Positions 26,141 to 40,010 of a stretch of 64,000 nucleotides of DNA are shown here, in pieces (position 1 is the first letter of the stretch; each line of letters opens with the position of its first letter). A program made the position numbers and the translations under genes. The stretch is from the NCBI GenBank assembly GCA_047967505.1, contig CM106538.1. The stretch is one strand, 5' to 3'. This DNA comes from Dipteris shenzhenensis. Its lineage: Eukaryota. The notes below the pieces were generated by a model. It was not told where the DNA came from. It did not search any database and worked only from the letters and a program-made list of their open reading frames with translations.

Positions 26141-28149
26141 TTAGTAGTAATCCAAATAAAATGGTGAGGGCCTAATTGTATAAGCCATACATGGTATGCA
26201 GGCTATAAGCCATAAATGGTATGCATGCTATATCCCAAAGCTATTTTCTCAATCATGGTCAAGGTAATCTATTTGCATAATGAAATGAGAATTTACTACT
26301 ATTGGGCCACTAGCTACATGTCATTTAATAAAATTCAAATTGCTTACTTCTATCTAACCATTTTCACCATTCACACCATATTTAACTTCAACTTCTTTAT
26401 CAGGTACTTGACAGAGGCTTTCCTATAAAGCCAAATTGTACACGTTCTTGTACATAGATTAACTTCAAAACTCTAGAAATGGTCTAGGACCCTATACATT
26501 GTTATACATGTTATAACTAGTATACACTCATTATTACCATCCGTGAGGACATTATGCAATCCATGGGGACATAAGCCCAACAATCGGTCCCTTGCATGGC
26601 TCTAAGTAGCTCCAATCAGCTTGTGCACCTATGTGGCAAGCATGATGAAGGCTACTTCTAGGGCTGCATGGCACTCATACAACTCTATAGCTACCTCAAG
26701 GAGATGTGGTTGCCAGTTGAGTTGTCCACATTCATGAGATGCATACCACATAATTGTCCAACATCTACCTAATCTAAAGCTTGAACTAATAATTGTCCAA
26801 TCTAAAGGCAAGGCTTGTGTTGCTTCTCCCTAAAACCCACACTCCATACCCACTACATGCAATAGCATGTAGAAATCGGTGACCAAACAAATAGGATGCT
26901 TCTATTCCCTCAAAACCACTCAGTGTTGAAGTCACTCACAAGGCTCCTTGCCATCCAAACATGCCCTCAAATCTCAATTTTGAGTTGCTTTATTCTTGGA
27001 AACAATGGACCCCAACAACTTTTCCAATTTGGTGTTCAATTCAGCATGCCTTTCAAACCCAACATGAGATTCAATTAGTTGAATCTCCATGAGATCCTCC
27101 ATCACAATGGCTCACATCATACATGGTGGTGTCTAAAATTGGATGGTCTAGTGTTTTTCATAACGTTCCCAACTCCTCCATCATAATGGCTAGTTCTTCC
27201 TTGCATCCTCCACCATGGTGGTTGGAAATCCACCATCAGGATTCCCTTGCACTGTTATACATGATCTTGAGCCCACTCTATGCATGCCCTTGCACATCCT
27301 CTTCCCTTCAAGCTATAATGCTTAGAATACTTGATGGATGCAATTACCTAACTTATGCAAGTATGTTGTCTCTTCTAAATAATTTTGAACATGCGTTATG
27401 TTGATTTGTGCTTGTTACATTTTAGTACTGGGTAAATAATGGGATCTACCTTCATTGCCAAGTTTTATTTACACTGGCATGCACCATGCACTTTTATCGC
27501 AATGTATTCTAGATTTGCCATGTATTTGCAATCTATTTACAAATTTTATTGTGTAGGATTGGGAGATGGTTTAGCTTTCTCTATTTTGCTCTTAAGATCT
27601 TGGCTTGTTTCTACTTCTGAACTTGGCCAATCTTGGGATGCTTGCATTTTTTCTCTTGGACAATCTATGGAAGTGCTAATGATGAAATGGTATATTGAGT
27701 TTGTAGTTATGCAAAATGTAAGTGATGGAACAATATTGAGTTTGCAATTATGACAAAGAGTATATAGTGATGGAATAGTATATCGGATGGGCCAACTCCC
27801 CCCTTGTAAGCCCCTAAAGGAGGAGAGCATGGGGAGTGATGCGTGGAGAGAAATAGGGGGAAGGAAGATGCTACTATGTGGGTAGCACATAGGCTGCCAC
27901 ATGGATGGTACGTTAGTGTCCTTGTATTTAAGAGAGATCAATCGAGATAGATGGTTATCCCTTGGGCCACACATGGACTCTGTTTTAGGGCAAGAGTTTA
28001 GCCTACTATTTGTGGTTGCATTGGAGGGGCATAATGGGCTCCCATCGGCCCAGATAATGAGCAAAAATGAAAAGCAGTCTAGGGGTACTCTTATAGGCAC
28101 CAAGGCAAGCTGGTCGGCCAACCTTGGTCGACTGATAAGAGACAAGGCA

Positions 28150-29890
28150 TCTATAGCTAGGTATCATGCAGAAGCAAAGACACCTTTGTACAAATGTGTA
28201 TAGATGTTGGTAGCAGGATGTACAAATCTATAGCAAAGGGTTTTAGACTATAGTAGGTCTAAGATCAAGGCAACAGAATGCCTAGAGTGAACATGGGAAG
28301 ATCTATGAGGTGTTTTGGGCCAGTAGTAGCAGGCTTGGAAAGGCCCCAAGCTAGGAAAAAATAAGGATGGGCCAGTGGTAGCCTACCACGTGACTAGGTG
28401 GGATGAGCAAGGTAGCCACCTGGTTGCAAATGGGGGTGAGCCTGTAAACTAGTACGTCGGCCCCATATCCTGAGGGGTCAGCCTATTTGGTTGGTCCATT
28501 TTGGAGGGCCTATGGCCCTATAAAAGGAGCCCCTCTAGGGCTCGTACATCATCCATTACAACAGCACTTTTGGACACAAGGTAGATGGGCTTGCCTCCTG
28601 CTCAAAATCTATAGTACATTGTGTGGTAAACAACATCCAATGTAGGGGAAGTAGACACCTTTACATATCATGCAAGCGTAAAAGCTGAAAATAAATTTGG
28701 AATAGAAAGGCAACCTCAAGACTTAGACCATTTGGAGACCCAAATCTTCAAACTTTTATTAAGTTGGTCAACCATTTTGCCAACTCGTTCACCCAAGTGC
28801 CCATCCAATTGCAAGAGGAATAGAACAAAACCATGGAGATTTGCAAGGAGAGATTCTTGGACATTCAATGCTATATTGCTTGTTTTTGTCTAGTAGACTG
28901 AAACATTGCATATGAGCTTGTGTAGAACTTTATGCTCATGAGCATGGGTCAAGACCTAGGGCTACTCTTAGCAAGAAATACCAAGACCCATGTTTATGAG
29001 AAATGATACTTCCATGAGTGGGAAGAAGCCTAGGAATGGCATTGGGTAGAAAAATAACAAGAAGAATTTGACAATCAATGACAAACAATGGCTACAATGG
29101 TTTTCTTGACTCCTAGAAAGCTACTAGGTATATCTTTGTTATTATTGCCATTTGCAAGGCTGCAAGAAGTGGGATTGTCCTTACTTCAAGAAGCTCCACA
29201 AGGAGATGGCTATCATAGTTGGTCTAGTTACGACTTCAACTTTTTAAGAAAACATCACTTTCATTGTCATCAAGGAGATTTAGGTTCAGTAGCAGGGGAG
29301 AGTGATGTTTCAAGATTTGTGGTCAAAAGGCCTTTAACCTGGCAGACTTTGAGAGTTCAGATGACATCATGTCTACTAGTGTAGTTGAGTTCACTCACTT
29401 ACTCTCTCTCCTATAGAGTTAGTCGGAGTGAATGCAGCATTTTTGGCCAAAGCATTGAAAGAAACATGGAAGCCAAGGAATCCATCATGCAAGAACAAAG
29501 GCGCCTCTGTACGGATGTGTACAAATTCTAGCAACAAGCTATATAGATCTCTAGTGGAGGGCTTTGGGCAGCAGTAGGTCTAGGAATAAGGTGGAATGCC
29601 TGGAGTGAATAGGGATAGATATGTGGGGTGTTTTGGGCCACTAACAAGCCTAGAAAGGCCCAAGGACAAGCCAAAATAAGCCTAGTCTAGTGGCAACCTA
29701 CCATGTGGTCAAGCGAGCAAAGTGGTCAACTGGTTGCATGTGGGAGTGATCCCAGAGGCCAAGAGGTCAGTCCCATAGATGAAGGGGTTGGCCTACACGA
29801 TTGGTCCATTTTGGAGGTCCTATGGCCCTATAAAAGGAGCCCTTGAGGGCTCATATATCGTCCATTAGAGCAAGACTTTAGAAGCAGATT
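28150..29890 (+). repeat. Two diverged ~420-bp direct repeats with TATA box (LTR-derived promoter-like module)
   Basis: 28160-28580 vs 29480-29890 share GGTCCATTTTGGAGG.CCTATGGCCCTATAAAAGGAGCCC and GGTGTTTTGGGCCA blocks. Confidence 0.65.
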
Positions 29891-30142
29891 GGAGTAGTAG
29901 ATCAGCAAGACTTGGGCTAGCATCCAAGAGGGCCAAAAGAGACTGATTACTACAAACATAGCTTGAGGCAAGGGGGATACTTTTGGCCTTTGTTTTTTCT
30001 AGAGATACTTTGGACTGTTGTTTGTCTAGATAGTGTCATTTGTGAGATTTTAACTTAAGGTGATGACTAAGGTTTGGAGAGTCCTCTTGCTAGTGAGAAT
30101 TCTTGTGCGAGAAGATTAAATGGTAGAATAACAAGAATAGAG

Positions 30143-30147
<5 letters not shown>

Positions 30148-30201
<54 letters not shown>

Positions 30202-32299
30202 TATTAACGTCCATGGGAAGCCTCACGGTCCTATGGGACAAACTACAAAAAATGGAAAGAAATTCATACTAGCCACAAAGGGTTGAGGTGAAGGGCTAGG
30301 GCCCTTGTCGAGTGCTATGCTAAACTGAACTATATAGCTCAAAATATCAGAGACAACAAACTAGAGCTGAAAATTTTAGAAAGCTAGAACTCAGTAGTCA
30401 AAACCTCACATTGTGGTGGCTCTATCGGGGGTACAAAGATATCTTGGATCTACTTTTATCACACTGTATCCTACTATGGTGGAGGGTGTGGTCCTCTATA
30501 TCCAAAGTGCTATAGCAAGAGTGATGCATGTCTCGGGCAGTCTCCTTTAAGGAGGGAGGAGATGGGTCACAGACCTCGATGGTGCATGCTCTGGTCACTC
30601 TCCATGTCGTGCGTGGACTTTGCATCACTCACCAGGTAGTACAATGCTGTCTCTCTCCACTTATCCATGCTGCACACATGTCTGCTAACTTCTACTCCTC
30701 CACCCCTCTGTGGATTGGAGCTGACTCAAATGCATAGAAGTCCATGAGTAGCGTCTCTCTCTATCATCGTATCTTAATCAAAATATAGCCCATTGATCAT
30801 GGAAGTGGATCTATTAGGAGAGTGGACCAAAGCCTTACCCCTCCTGAAAGAGGCAATGATAGCTTTCCCAGAGCTCATAATAGGTTGGCTAGACAAATAA
30901 GAAATGCTCCTCTGTCTCAACTGTATCCATTGTGCATAACCTATAGATCCGTTGCTCTCTAGGTATGCCTACAGCTCTCCATGCCTTGCTCTCTAGGTAT
31001 GCCTACAGCTCTCCATGCCTTGATCCCCAGCTGATGTGACAAGAATGGCAATCCTCAGTGCATGTGAGACTCCTCTATCATTAAGGTACTAGCTTCTAAT
31101 TACAAGTCCATCCTTCCTTTGATACTCTCAAAAAATGATCACGGTGGAACTGGATCTTGGTGGGAAACTCTTGCCCCCCCCCCAAGTCTGAGATGTATAG
31201 ATTAGGGAAGGTCTAACCATATAATACGGTTAATCTGATCTTAAGGGATCGACTTGAGTGGTGCATTCATGCTATATTGAAAGAGGGGCAATCGGTCCAT
31301 CTAGATACTGTGACTGGCAAACCATGTGGATACGCATGCATACCATGTACCGACCCCATTCTTTGCTAGTCATATGGAAGTCTCTAGTGCCTGCCTCGGT
31401 AGTCCTGTGAGGTAAGGCCCATACTCTGTGGAGGAAAGTCATTGTATAGAAGATGGCATCAACTTGGAGTAGCGTCATGGCGAATTCTACCTATACTATT
31501 TGATGTGGGACCAGAGTCATGATGTGGCCACATTGATCGTCTTGCAAATCATCCCTATCCAAACTACCCCCAAGTATGTGTAGGACTACACTATTTCTAG
31601 CGGTTGGCCTTAGTAAGTAAAGCTGTGTTGGTGTAGTATAGCACGTGAGGTGTTGGATCATGACCTTGTTCTTCCCAAGGTTGACTGTTAGGTCTCTCCT
31701 TGAAAAACACCTCTAGTGCATCCATATGCTTTTGCATCCCCTCTTCTCAAGATGATATAAGTACTATGTCAAATTTCACATATAGCAATATCTGTATCAA
31801 CAAGTCGGCCAACAGTAATCCCTGTCCTCCTAAGCAGTCAATGAAGGATGTAATCATGTCAATGTAGAGCTTGATTAGGGTCGATGAAGGAGGGCATCGT
31901 TGCTTCACTTCGATGGTACCATTCAACCTTGTCTGATAAACCTCCCAAGGCCCAAACTCTCTGTCTGACTGACTCATATAGTCTCATCACTCCCCAATTA
32001 GAACCTTTGGATTCTGCATCTCCTAAAGCCAATCATACAGGAGCTTGGAATAATGTCGAAGGCCTGAAGCCTACAAAGTAGGCATGGAATTTCTAGCAGC
32101 TCTTTATGGCTTCCTCAATGATGGCCCTTAGAGTGAAGGTATGATGAAGGGTGGAGTGCTGTCATAAAAAATCTGCCTATTCTAGAGGTCACTACCCATG
32201 TGCCTCTGTGTGACTATTGATCTCCCTCTCTATAGTATTGACCAATATATCTTGGCCAAGGTGTGGCCAATCATAAGAGTATGGTAGTCCCTAGTATCC

Positions 32300-32301
<2 letters not shown>
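30148..32301 (-). mobile_element. 5'-truncated, degenerate RTEX-like LINE with (CT)n tail
   Basis: Minus-strand RT motifs DYHTLMIGHTLAKIY, STLHHTFTLRAIIEE, EVKQRCPPSSTL..LYID, IQILLY and C-terminal VETEEHFLF..PTYYE, all homologous to the LINE at 55-60 kb. (GA)26 at the 3' end (30148-30199) and a GA tract at the 5' junction (32302-32388). Confidence 0.85.
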
Positions 32302-32388
<87 letters not shown>

Positions 32389-32412
32389 TTTCAGAGTGAT
32401 CACTCTAATAAA

Positions 32413-34705
32413 TGTTGGGATATGTGTGATCAAGGGCTTGCTAGGTGCATGTGTGCATCCACTAGCAGTCATATGGTTGTGTGTGTGTGTGTAGAAGAGG
32501 CACACTTAGTGCCATAGGCCATGACATAGGTAATGATGTAATGCAAAGGCCCCCACATGGGATGGTGCCTATGATTGTGGAGTAACTATGATTTAGGAGT
32601 TACCTCCATTGATGTAGGAGAGGTGCCATTGATTTAGGCCACCCTCTCTCCCATTCTATAAAAGAGGGACTTCCCTCTCAAATCAATAAAACAACCATTT
32701 GAATATCTCATGTGTTCTCACTCGCCTCCATGATGAGCTCTCCTCTCTCCCCAAGTTCTAACATTTGGTATCAGAGCCACTTAGACCTCCATGAGCATCT
32801 AGAGCTTCCAAAACCGCCATGTCATCATCTTCCCCATCTCTCTCCTTCTTCATGCTTTCTTCCACCTCTTTCCCTAAATTTTCCAAGTGCTTGTTCTCCC
32901 TTTGTAGTCAATCATTTCCCGATCCCTATGAGCTATAGCTTCCTTAGGTTAGGGCAAATCTTCAAGTCCAAGCAATTAAGGAAATACTACTCTAGGCGCG
33001 CATGCCGATAGCTTCTCTATCCAACAAACTTTTATGTAATTCGACCTGTAGGAGTAGCCATTGCTCAAATTCTCTTAGCACAAGCTGGGTGACAGTATAA
33101 GGATTCTGCTATGATCAAGTTTGAGCTCATATAGAGTTATATTCGAGCTACACTTGTCATTTTTTCAGTCAAAATCTCTCTTCTTCTAATCGATGACATG
33201 GTGACTTGTGGTGCAATTCCTTCCTGAAGGATGTTCAAGGGTATATAAGCTTTGTTTCTACTGTAAAACCCCTCTCTGATTCGCTTTCTATAGCCCGAAT
33301 TTCAGCCTCCATTGGGGCACTATTTCAGATCTTAAATTTTCTCAAGTTTTGTGGTCAAAGGGTTGACCAAGTTAGCTACAAATTGGGGGTTTGACTATTC
33401 TAAGCTTTTTCTCAGCCTGGTTTAACTTTTCAGATTGATAGTTGACTGTTTTGATTACTTTCAGTTCACATTGAAATCAGTTCTTTGTGATAGGATGTTC
33501 ATTTTATGAGGATAAAGTGATATGACTAGCTCCTGTTGGCCATGAATGAATTGCTTTGTGAAGGAGTAGACACTACCCTTGTTTTATCAACAATTGGTAA
33601 GACCCTCTTCAAATGTGGTTGCTTTGAAGGTATATGGTATGCATTTGAGGCTTCTATTCTAGAGGCATATCTCATGGATACTAAGGAGAGTGATCAAGGT
33701 GATTACAACATCTTGGCAATCTATGTAGATAACGTGGTGATTTTAAAGACCGGAGAACAAGAAGATGAGTACATTAGAAAGGAACCTTGCAAATTTTGTG
33801 GTTTAACTGTACACACTATGGAGAACTGTCACTTAAGAAAGCTATCCCTTAATATGCTTGCCAAGAAACAAGCCTAAGAAGAGGAGAGGAATGACTCCCA
33901 CTACAACTCCAAAGAGAAAGAACCATATCATGTGAAAAAGAGCTACATCAACAACAAAGAAAATCTTGCTAAAGGGAGAACTCCATCAACAAATGAAGAA
34001 TCAAACTTTGTGGTAGAAGATAAAGACTATGCCTTTTGAGCACTTTGTCTTTTGAACTTTATTTATCATCACTTAGTCAATTTTTGAGGTTTTCTGCTTG
34101 GAATAGTACTCCAAAAATAATGTTATGTGTTTTGTGTTTTGTCTTTTGTAAATCACCTTTGGTCACCGTATGATGTAGGCCATGTGATATATGTTTGGTC
34201 TATCCCATTTTTGTAAACCTTGACCCTTGGGCACCTTTGCTAGCATGAGATCCTAGCCATAGATTTATCCTTGACCACCATGAGATGGCATGAGAAACTA
34301 TGTGAATAGATGTATCCTTGACATAGCAAGAGGCAAACCCTTGAGGGGGGGTATGTTGGGATATGTGTGATCAAGGGCTTGCTAGGTGCATGTGTGCATC
34401 CACTAGCAGTCATATGGTTGTGTGTGTGTGTGTAGAAGAGGCACACTTAGTGCCATAGGCCATGACACAGGTGATGATGTAATGCAAAGGCCCCCACATG
34501 GGGTGGTGCCTATGATTGTGGAGTTCCTATGATTTAGGAGTGACCTCCATTGATGTAGGAGAGGTGCCATTGATTTAGGCCACCCTCTCTCCCATTCCAT
34601 AAAAGAGGGACTTCCCTCTCAAATCAATAGAACACCCATTTGAATATCTCATGTGTTCTCACTCACTTCCATGATGAAGCTCTCCTCTCTCCCCAAGTTC
34701 CAACA
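32413..34705 (+). mobile_element. Small non-autonomous LTR retrotransposon (large TRIM / TR-GAG-like)
   Basis: ~351-bp LTRs at 32413-32763 and 34354-34705; PBS TGGTATCAGAGC at 32766; PPT GAGGGGGGG at 34343; perfect TSD ATAAA; internal region only ~1.6 kb. Confidence 0.95.
33536..33877 (+). CDS. Short Gag-like ORF with CCHC zinc knuckle and a YVD motif
   Basis: CKFCGLTVHTMENC fits C-X2-C-X4-H-X4-C; ILAIYVDNVVI precedes it. The ORF lies inside the element at 32413-34705. Confidence 0.5.
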   Translation: MAMNELLCEGVDTTLVLSTIGKTLFKCGCFEGIWYAFEASILEAYLMDTKESDQGDYNILAIYVDNVVILKTGEQEDEYIRKEPCKFCGLTVHTMENCHLRKLSLNMLAKKQA

Positions 34706-37538
34706 ATAAATAGGTAGTGGAACTATATACACTATTGTTTTTCCATTGTTTCTTTCCTTGTAGAAGGGTGGTTGGCTATAGAGATATGTGAGTTATAATC
34801 AAGATTAAGTGTATATCCTAGCAAAGAACTATGTATGCAAAATAAGATTTGCGAGTAATTCTATGAAGCCATTGGATGTGAAAAGGATTGAAAAATCCCA
34901 AATTAAATAATTAAGGCTGAAACGATACAAAAAGAGTTTGTTCTTCCAGATGTGATATCAAGTGCTCCTATAGGTGTATTGCACTACCAAAATTTCAGCT
35001 TCTCAATTCATTCTTGAGGACAAAACTAGCAAACCATAGGACGAGATCAATCAATCTCTCTCATCTTATTTTTCACCATTTTCACAATGTAGTTTTATTC
35101 TAATTGGATCTCAAAGTCCCATACAAGTGATTACTACTTGTGATTCCGAGTAGTAAAATAAAAATACCAGTGCATCCCAAAACAAGAGGTGCCTTTCTCC
35201 TCTTTGTAGAGCATAGAATGAAGGGTCAACTCCCCACTTTGTAAGTGTTAAATGAGGAGGGCATGGATGAGTGGCATTGTAGATTGATAGGGGAAAGGAA
35301 CACACTACCCAATGGGCAGCACATAGGTTGCTATATATTAAGTGCCTTCTTAGGATACTATATACCTAGTGCCTTCTTAGGATTTATTCTTCTTACATTT
35401 GGTTAGAACCCTCCCAAAAGTCTAAATAGTCTATGAGGAACTGCCAAGCCCATTCTTTAGGGCTGTTCATGGGCCTAGAAGAGGTCATAGCCGAGTCGTG
35501 CTCAACAAATATCCTTGGAGTGGACTCCTTAGGTTGGTTGCTAGTGAAGCAACCAGTTGGTGAGAATCCTGAGCTAGTAGGATCTGGTGAGAAGAACGAA
35601 TATATGTGGTTGAAAGAATCTTTGAAGAGGTGAAGTTTCCCGCGAATTAGCATCAAAATGTTCTTCGATAGGCATAAACAAGTCGTGTTGGTAGTTGGTC
35701 AGCATTGCAAGTCGCTTTCTGAGAAAATGTAATCCAAAATTGTGTGCAGATGCTTGTTTAATATTGACAATCCTAACCACAAATTTAATCACGATACACA
35801 CTCCAATCATGCAAACTAAGACAAACAACTTTAGCTTAGTTTTGACAGATGCCCTCTACCTCCACACCAAGTTTCATCCCAAACTCACACTTACAAAACC
35901 TTGAAAAGCTCTCAAGACCTATTGGGCCTTTTACAGTATGACTTTCCCAAGAGAGGACATGGGTCTTCAATAGGGCACCTTGGCCACTAATAGCAAGAGT
36001 AATTGATACCCCTATGAGCCCCAAACTTAACCTCGAGGAGTCATTGCCATGGTATTCCATCCAAAGAGATACAAACTACCACCCAAAGACCATTCTCTTA
36101 TGAGAGAAGGAGATAGAAATGGAGTAAGAGCAACATAGAAACACACATGGATACTTCAATGGATATCATGAGGAAAGCTTATATTCTAGCCCTTATCTGT
36201 GGCTCCAATTGAAATCTTAAGACCCACTCAAATCTTTCACCCATCAGTCTACAAGTTCTGATCGTCTCAGGTAATCCATGGCGTCTAATCACTAATAAGC
36301 AATCCAGCCCTTCAACTTATGGCCTTCCATAGCTCCTTTGCAACCTTTTGATCTATCTCTCCTCTGCAACAAGCTTCAAGTATTCTCTCTAGCCCACGAG
36401 ATGATCTTTCCACTTTTGCCTAAATGAATGGTCAAGTATTTTGGTCCTTTTCTGGCAACCAACCACCCTTACTAACTAATTACTCCAAGGCTATCTAAAT
36501 TATGTACAAGTTTACACATGAGCTCCTATGCATGAACATGACCATTTCTCCACACCCCAATATGTACACTATGCATCACACAAAAACCTATCACAATAGT
36601 TACCTTTTCTTAGGTGGTTCGTGCATGTCCTTTCTTCATGAATAGTTAGCATTGGATGTATGTATGAATAAGTATTAATGAGCAAACAATAGGAAAACAT
36701 TATCGACATATTATGTGAATTGTAGATGAAAATGTAGATTATCTGATATGCTCTCAATGCATATGGTATGATCAATTTAGTTAAGATGACTCAAGGGAAA
36801 ATCTTTTTTTGTATAGCCTACTTTTTGTTTTACTCATATCATGTCTTTTTCTGGTAGCAACGTGCCTATGTCAAAAATATTATAAATATCCTACTTTGGG
36901 AGATCATGGCAACCATTGTCGTTGAGATTTGTGTTGCTTTATACATAAGAAGTTTTTCAATTTCTCTTGAACAATTTTATTTATAGTAAGGGATTTACAA
37001 ATTTGATAGAAATTTACAAAGGGGTAAATAAAATAGGTTACATACGGGTAAGAAGCCTTGAACGTACATGATGTACAGGACATGTACATAGTGAACCCTC
37101 GAGGCTGCTACTTCCTTTGATTTAGAGCTGTTTCATCCTCTTATGAAGTTGTTGCTTCAAAAACTCAAAATAATAGCTCCCTTTTGCTAGTATCAAAAAG
37201 GGATCAAATGCCTTCATTTTGACATTGGTGATATCGTCCCCTTGCATACTTTTCTAGAGAACCACAGGTTGACCTTGGATGATTTCATCTTTACGCCTAA
37301 CTCTACTTCTTCCTAAGGTTTGATGTTTACTTTGTCCTCTTGACTTCTTTGCCAAAAGCTCATAGTTGTAATTTTTAGCTTTTGTACTTCATGATGGGTT
37401 TTTGTCTCTTCTAAGGTTTCCAACACAGCAATGTAAAGTATTACCAAAAAAAAAAAGTGTATGAATATATGTATATATACATCTATATATCTATGTATGT
37501 AAATATGTAGACGTGTGTGTGTGTGTGTGTGTAAAATC

Positions 37539-37571
<33 letters not shown>

Positions 37572-38149
37572 TTGTGCACGCGTGTGCGTGTGCGTGTGTG
37601 CGCGTGTGTGTGTGGCAAGCTGTAGTAAGGGACTAAGGCCTTAGAGTTCTTAGTTGAGTCCACTAAGAGGTGAACGTAGTCATACTACACATGCCACCTA
37701 CAAATGACATTATTTTGATGAGGAAGTTGACTTTCTAGTGGAGTTCTTTGGTGCTCTGTGCTGCCTATTTTGCGGCAAAATCTTATCGACTGTTTGTCAC
37801 CTACTCTCCCATGATTTTTGTCGGTGGCGTTTACCCACCACCAAAAATCATGGCACGTTGTTTTAAGATATCTTATATATTTATGGCATGCTATTGTAAG
37901 CTAATCACATGCTAACTCTACAGGATGTGACTCGAACAAGCCCCATAGGAATGAGGAGGATTGATGTTGTATAGTCATTTATTCTTTGCAATTCAATTGA
38001 GCTTTGGTTATGATTATCCCTATTTTTCAATCTCTAAGTAGTTTCTATTATTGCATGCTTTAGGTTTCTTCTTTGAGCCACCAATGTATGTGTGTGTATG
38101 TGTGTGTTGTACACGTGCACGCGTATGTGTAAATATTATTACGTATGTC

Positions 38150-39060
38150 TAGGACTGGAGATACATGGCAACAAACCCTTGATTACACATGCCTATGCTT
38201 ATGATTCCTTTTTCTTACCCCAGAATACTGAAGGGGATCTTTCATGTCTCATGCGTGCTCTATTGTTATATGGTTTGGCTACTAAGCTACATGTCGATTT
38301 TCAGACATCTAAGCTTTTGCCTCTCCATGAGAAGGATTGGCGTTGTTTATTATGGCTGAGAGAGGGATTAACGGTTACTCGCAGTTAAAAAATGGACTAA
38401 GTGCTTAAAGAAGAAATTAGAATACTAGAAACCAGCAACGTGGCCTTTACATGTGTACTACCACATAGTTCAATCAATTATGGTTGTATACATCCAATTT
38501 TATTTGCCTTTGATGATGCTTGTCAAGTAAGACATATCTTGTTTTATGTCTACTATTATGGAGCTTTTTGGGAGGTCACATTTTTTACAGAAAGCTCTTA
38601 GGCTGCGATTATGGAGCTTTTTTGGAGGTCACGTTTTTTACAGAAAGCTCTTAGGCTGCGATCATCTTTGTACATCTAAAATACATGGAGGACTGAATAC
38701 CCTAAATATTCACTTACATATTGCTACCCACAAAGGAAAAAGGATGCTGCAATTCATGCAAGGTGAACATCCATGGATTTTCATGATGTGACATTTGATT
38801 ATGTACTTGTCTCCAGCTTTTGGTCATTGGCAACCCACTCAATGGGACTTTCTTTTAGGTCACATTGAAGGCAGAGTAAAGGGATGCCCATATGTTTCTC
38901 GTTTAATTGTTGATAGGAAGCACATACTCTTAGAATCCAAACTTTTTCCAAAATATGTGGCCATAAACTCATGCAAGTAGGTGAATGTAGGTACAAAAAT
39001 GCCAAACTCACTTGGAAAGAAATTGATTTAGTTCGAACACTTTGGGACACAACTTGGCTT
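38150..39060 (+). pseudogene. Highly degenerate plant L1-type LINE RT/C-terminal fragment
   Basis: HAYAYDSF (YADD-like), GLATKLHVDFQTSK (GL.IN..KS-like), LCTSKIHGGLN (PK..GGLG-like); 53-bp tandem duplication at 38555-38660. Confidence 0.55.
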
Positions 39061-39733
39061 TTCAATTCGTCATGTCAAGTTTATCTCTCGGTCAGATACA
39101 CACTTTTAAGACACCACTAATGATGTCATAATTGACCAACAAAGAGCCTTATGAAGGCACAACTTGGCACTAGAGTCGTGCCAAGTTTACCTCTTAGTTA
39201 AATACACACTTTTAAGACACCAGTAGGTGATGTCATAACTGTTGCAAGGAATGAAATGAGAAAACCAATTATTCGATGGTATTACTTGAGTTAAAAGTTT
39301 TGATGAGATAGAACCTACATTAAAAAGATCATGCTAACAATCTACTAAAAATGTCCTTTGAATTGTTGTGAAAATAATTATACCCGTTAAGATACAGGCA
39401 CACCAGATAAAGTTGCTCAATGAAGAGTCTTGTGTGAAGCACTTTTGAGTACAGGGTGTCTTTTGAATTCAGCAGCAGTAATCCATAGACCAAACCACTG
39501 CACGGTACTCATGTCGACCATACCCTCAACAATGAGCCTTGCACAACAAAAGGGAAAAATGAAAGTAACAAAACTTCAAAATCTTGACACAAGAACATAA
39601 AAATCAAAGTTGTAGCTTTTGATGTGTCGGGAGGGAGATGGATATTACTAGCTAATGAGGTATTGATGCTTTGCAGATTCCACTTCTCAATCAAAAAAAA
39701 AATCAAGTCAGATTTTGCTTCATTCCTCTGACC

Positions 39734-39818
39734 TCAAATTTGCTCACAGTGGGTGGACTTGCACTGCAAAATTTTATCTGCTACCTCCTCAAACGATTGA
39801 ACCTCTTTTCTCCATAAC
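39734..39818 (-). CDS. HDHD3: Last coding exon of an HDHD3-like HAD hydrolase
   Basis: Follows a 98-nt T-rich GT..AG intron (39819-39916) and encodes LWRKEVQSFEEVADKILQCKSTHCEQI*. This resembles the plant HDHD3-type C-terminus (W-LWG.DV.SF.EV..RI), recalled from memory. Confidence 0.82.
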
Positions 39819-39916
39819 CTTATCCATAGAGATAACAAAAAAATCAAAGCACTATAATCATAAAAGTTTCTGAATCCTAATCTATGCAAAAGCTCACAGA
39901 GAGTAAACTGGCAAAC

Positions 39917-40010
39917 CATGCGTCAATTCCAACAGCTCTGGCTCCTTCCTTGTCTGCGATTGGATCATCTCCTAGGAGAACTGCTTCATTGGACCTGACA
40001 CCCAATTGAC
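39917..40010 (-). CDS. HDHD3: Penultimate coding exon of an HDHD3-like HAD-superfamily hydrolase
   Basis: Encodes (G)QLGVRSNEAVLLGDDPIADKEGARAVGIDAW, i.e. HAD motif IV GDD...D. Bounded by TTGCAG| acceptor and |GT donor; phase joins the next exon to rebuild the W codon. Confidence 0.85.

Noticed and set aside
27546-28145. 199-aa minus-strand ORF
   Set aside because: No recognisable motif; overlaps LTR-like repeat sequence.
37809-37853. Small hairpin CCATGATTTTTG...CAAAAATCATGG
   Set aside because: Isolated and short; no context to assign a function.
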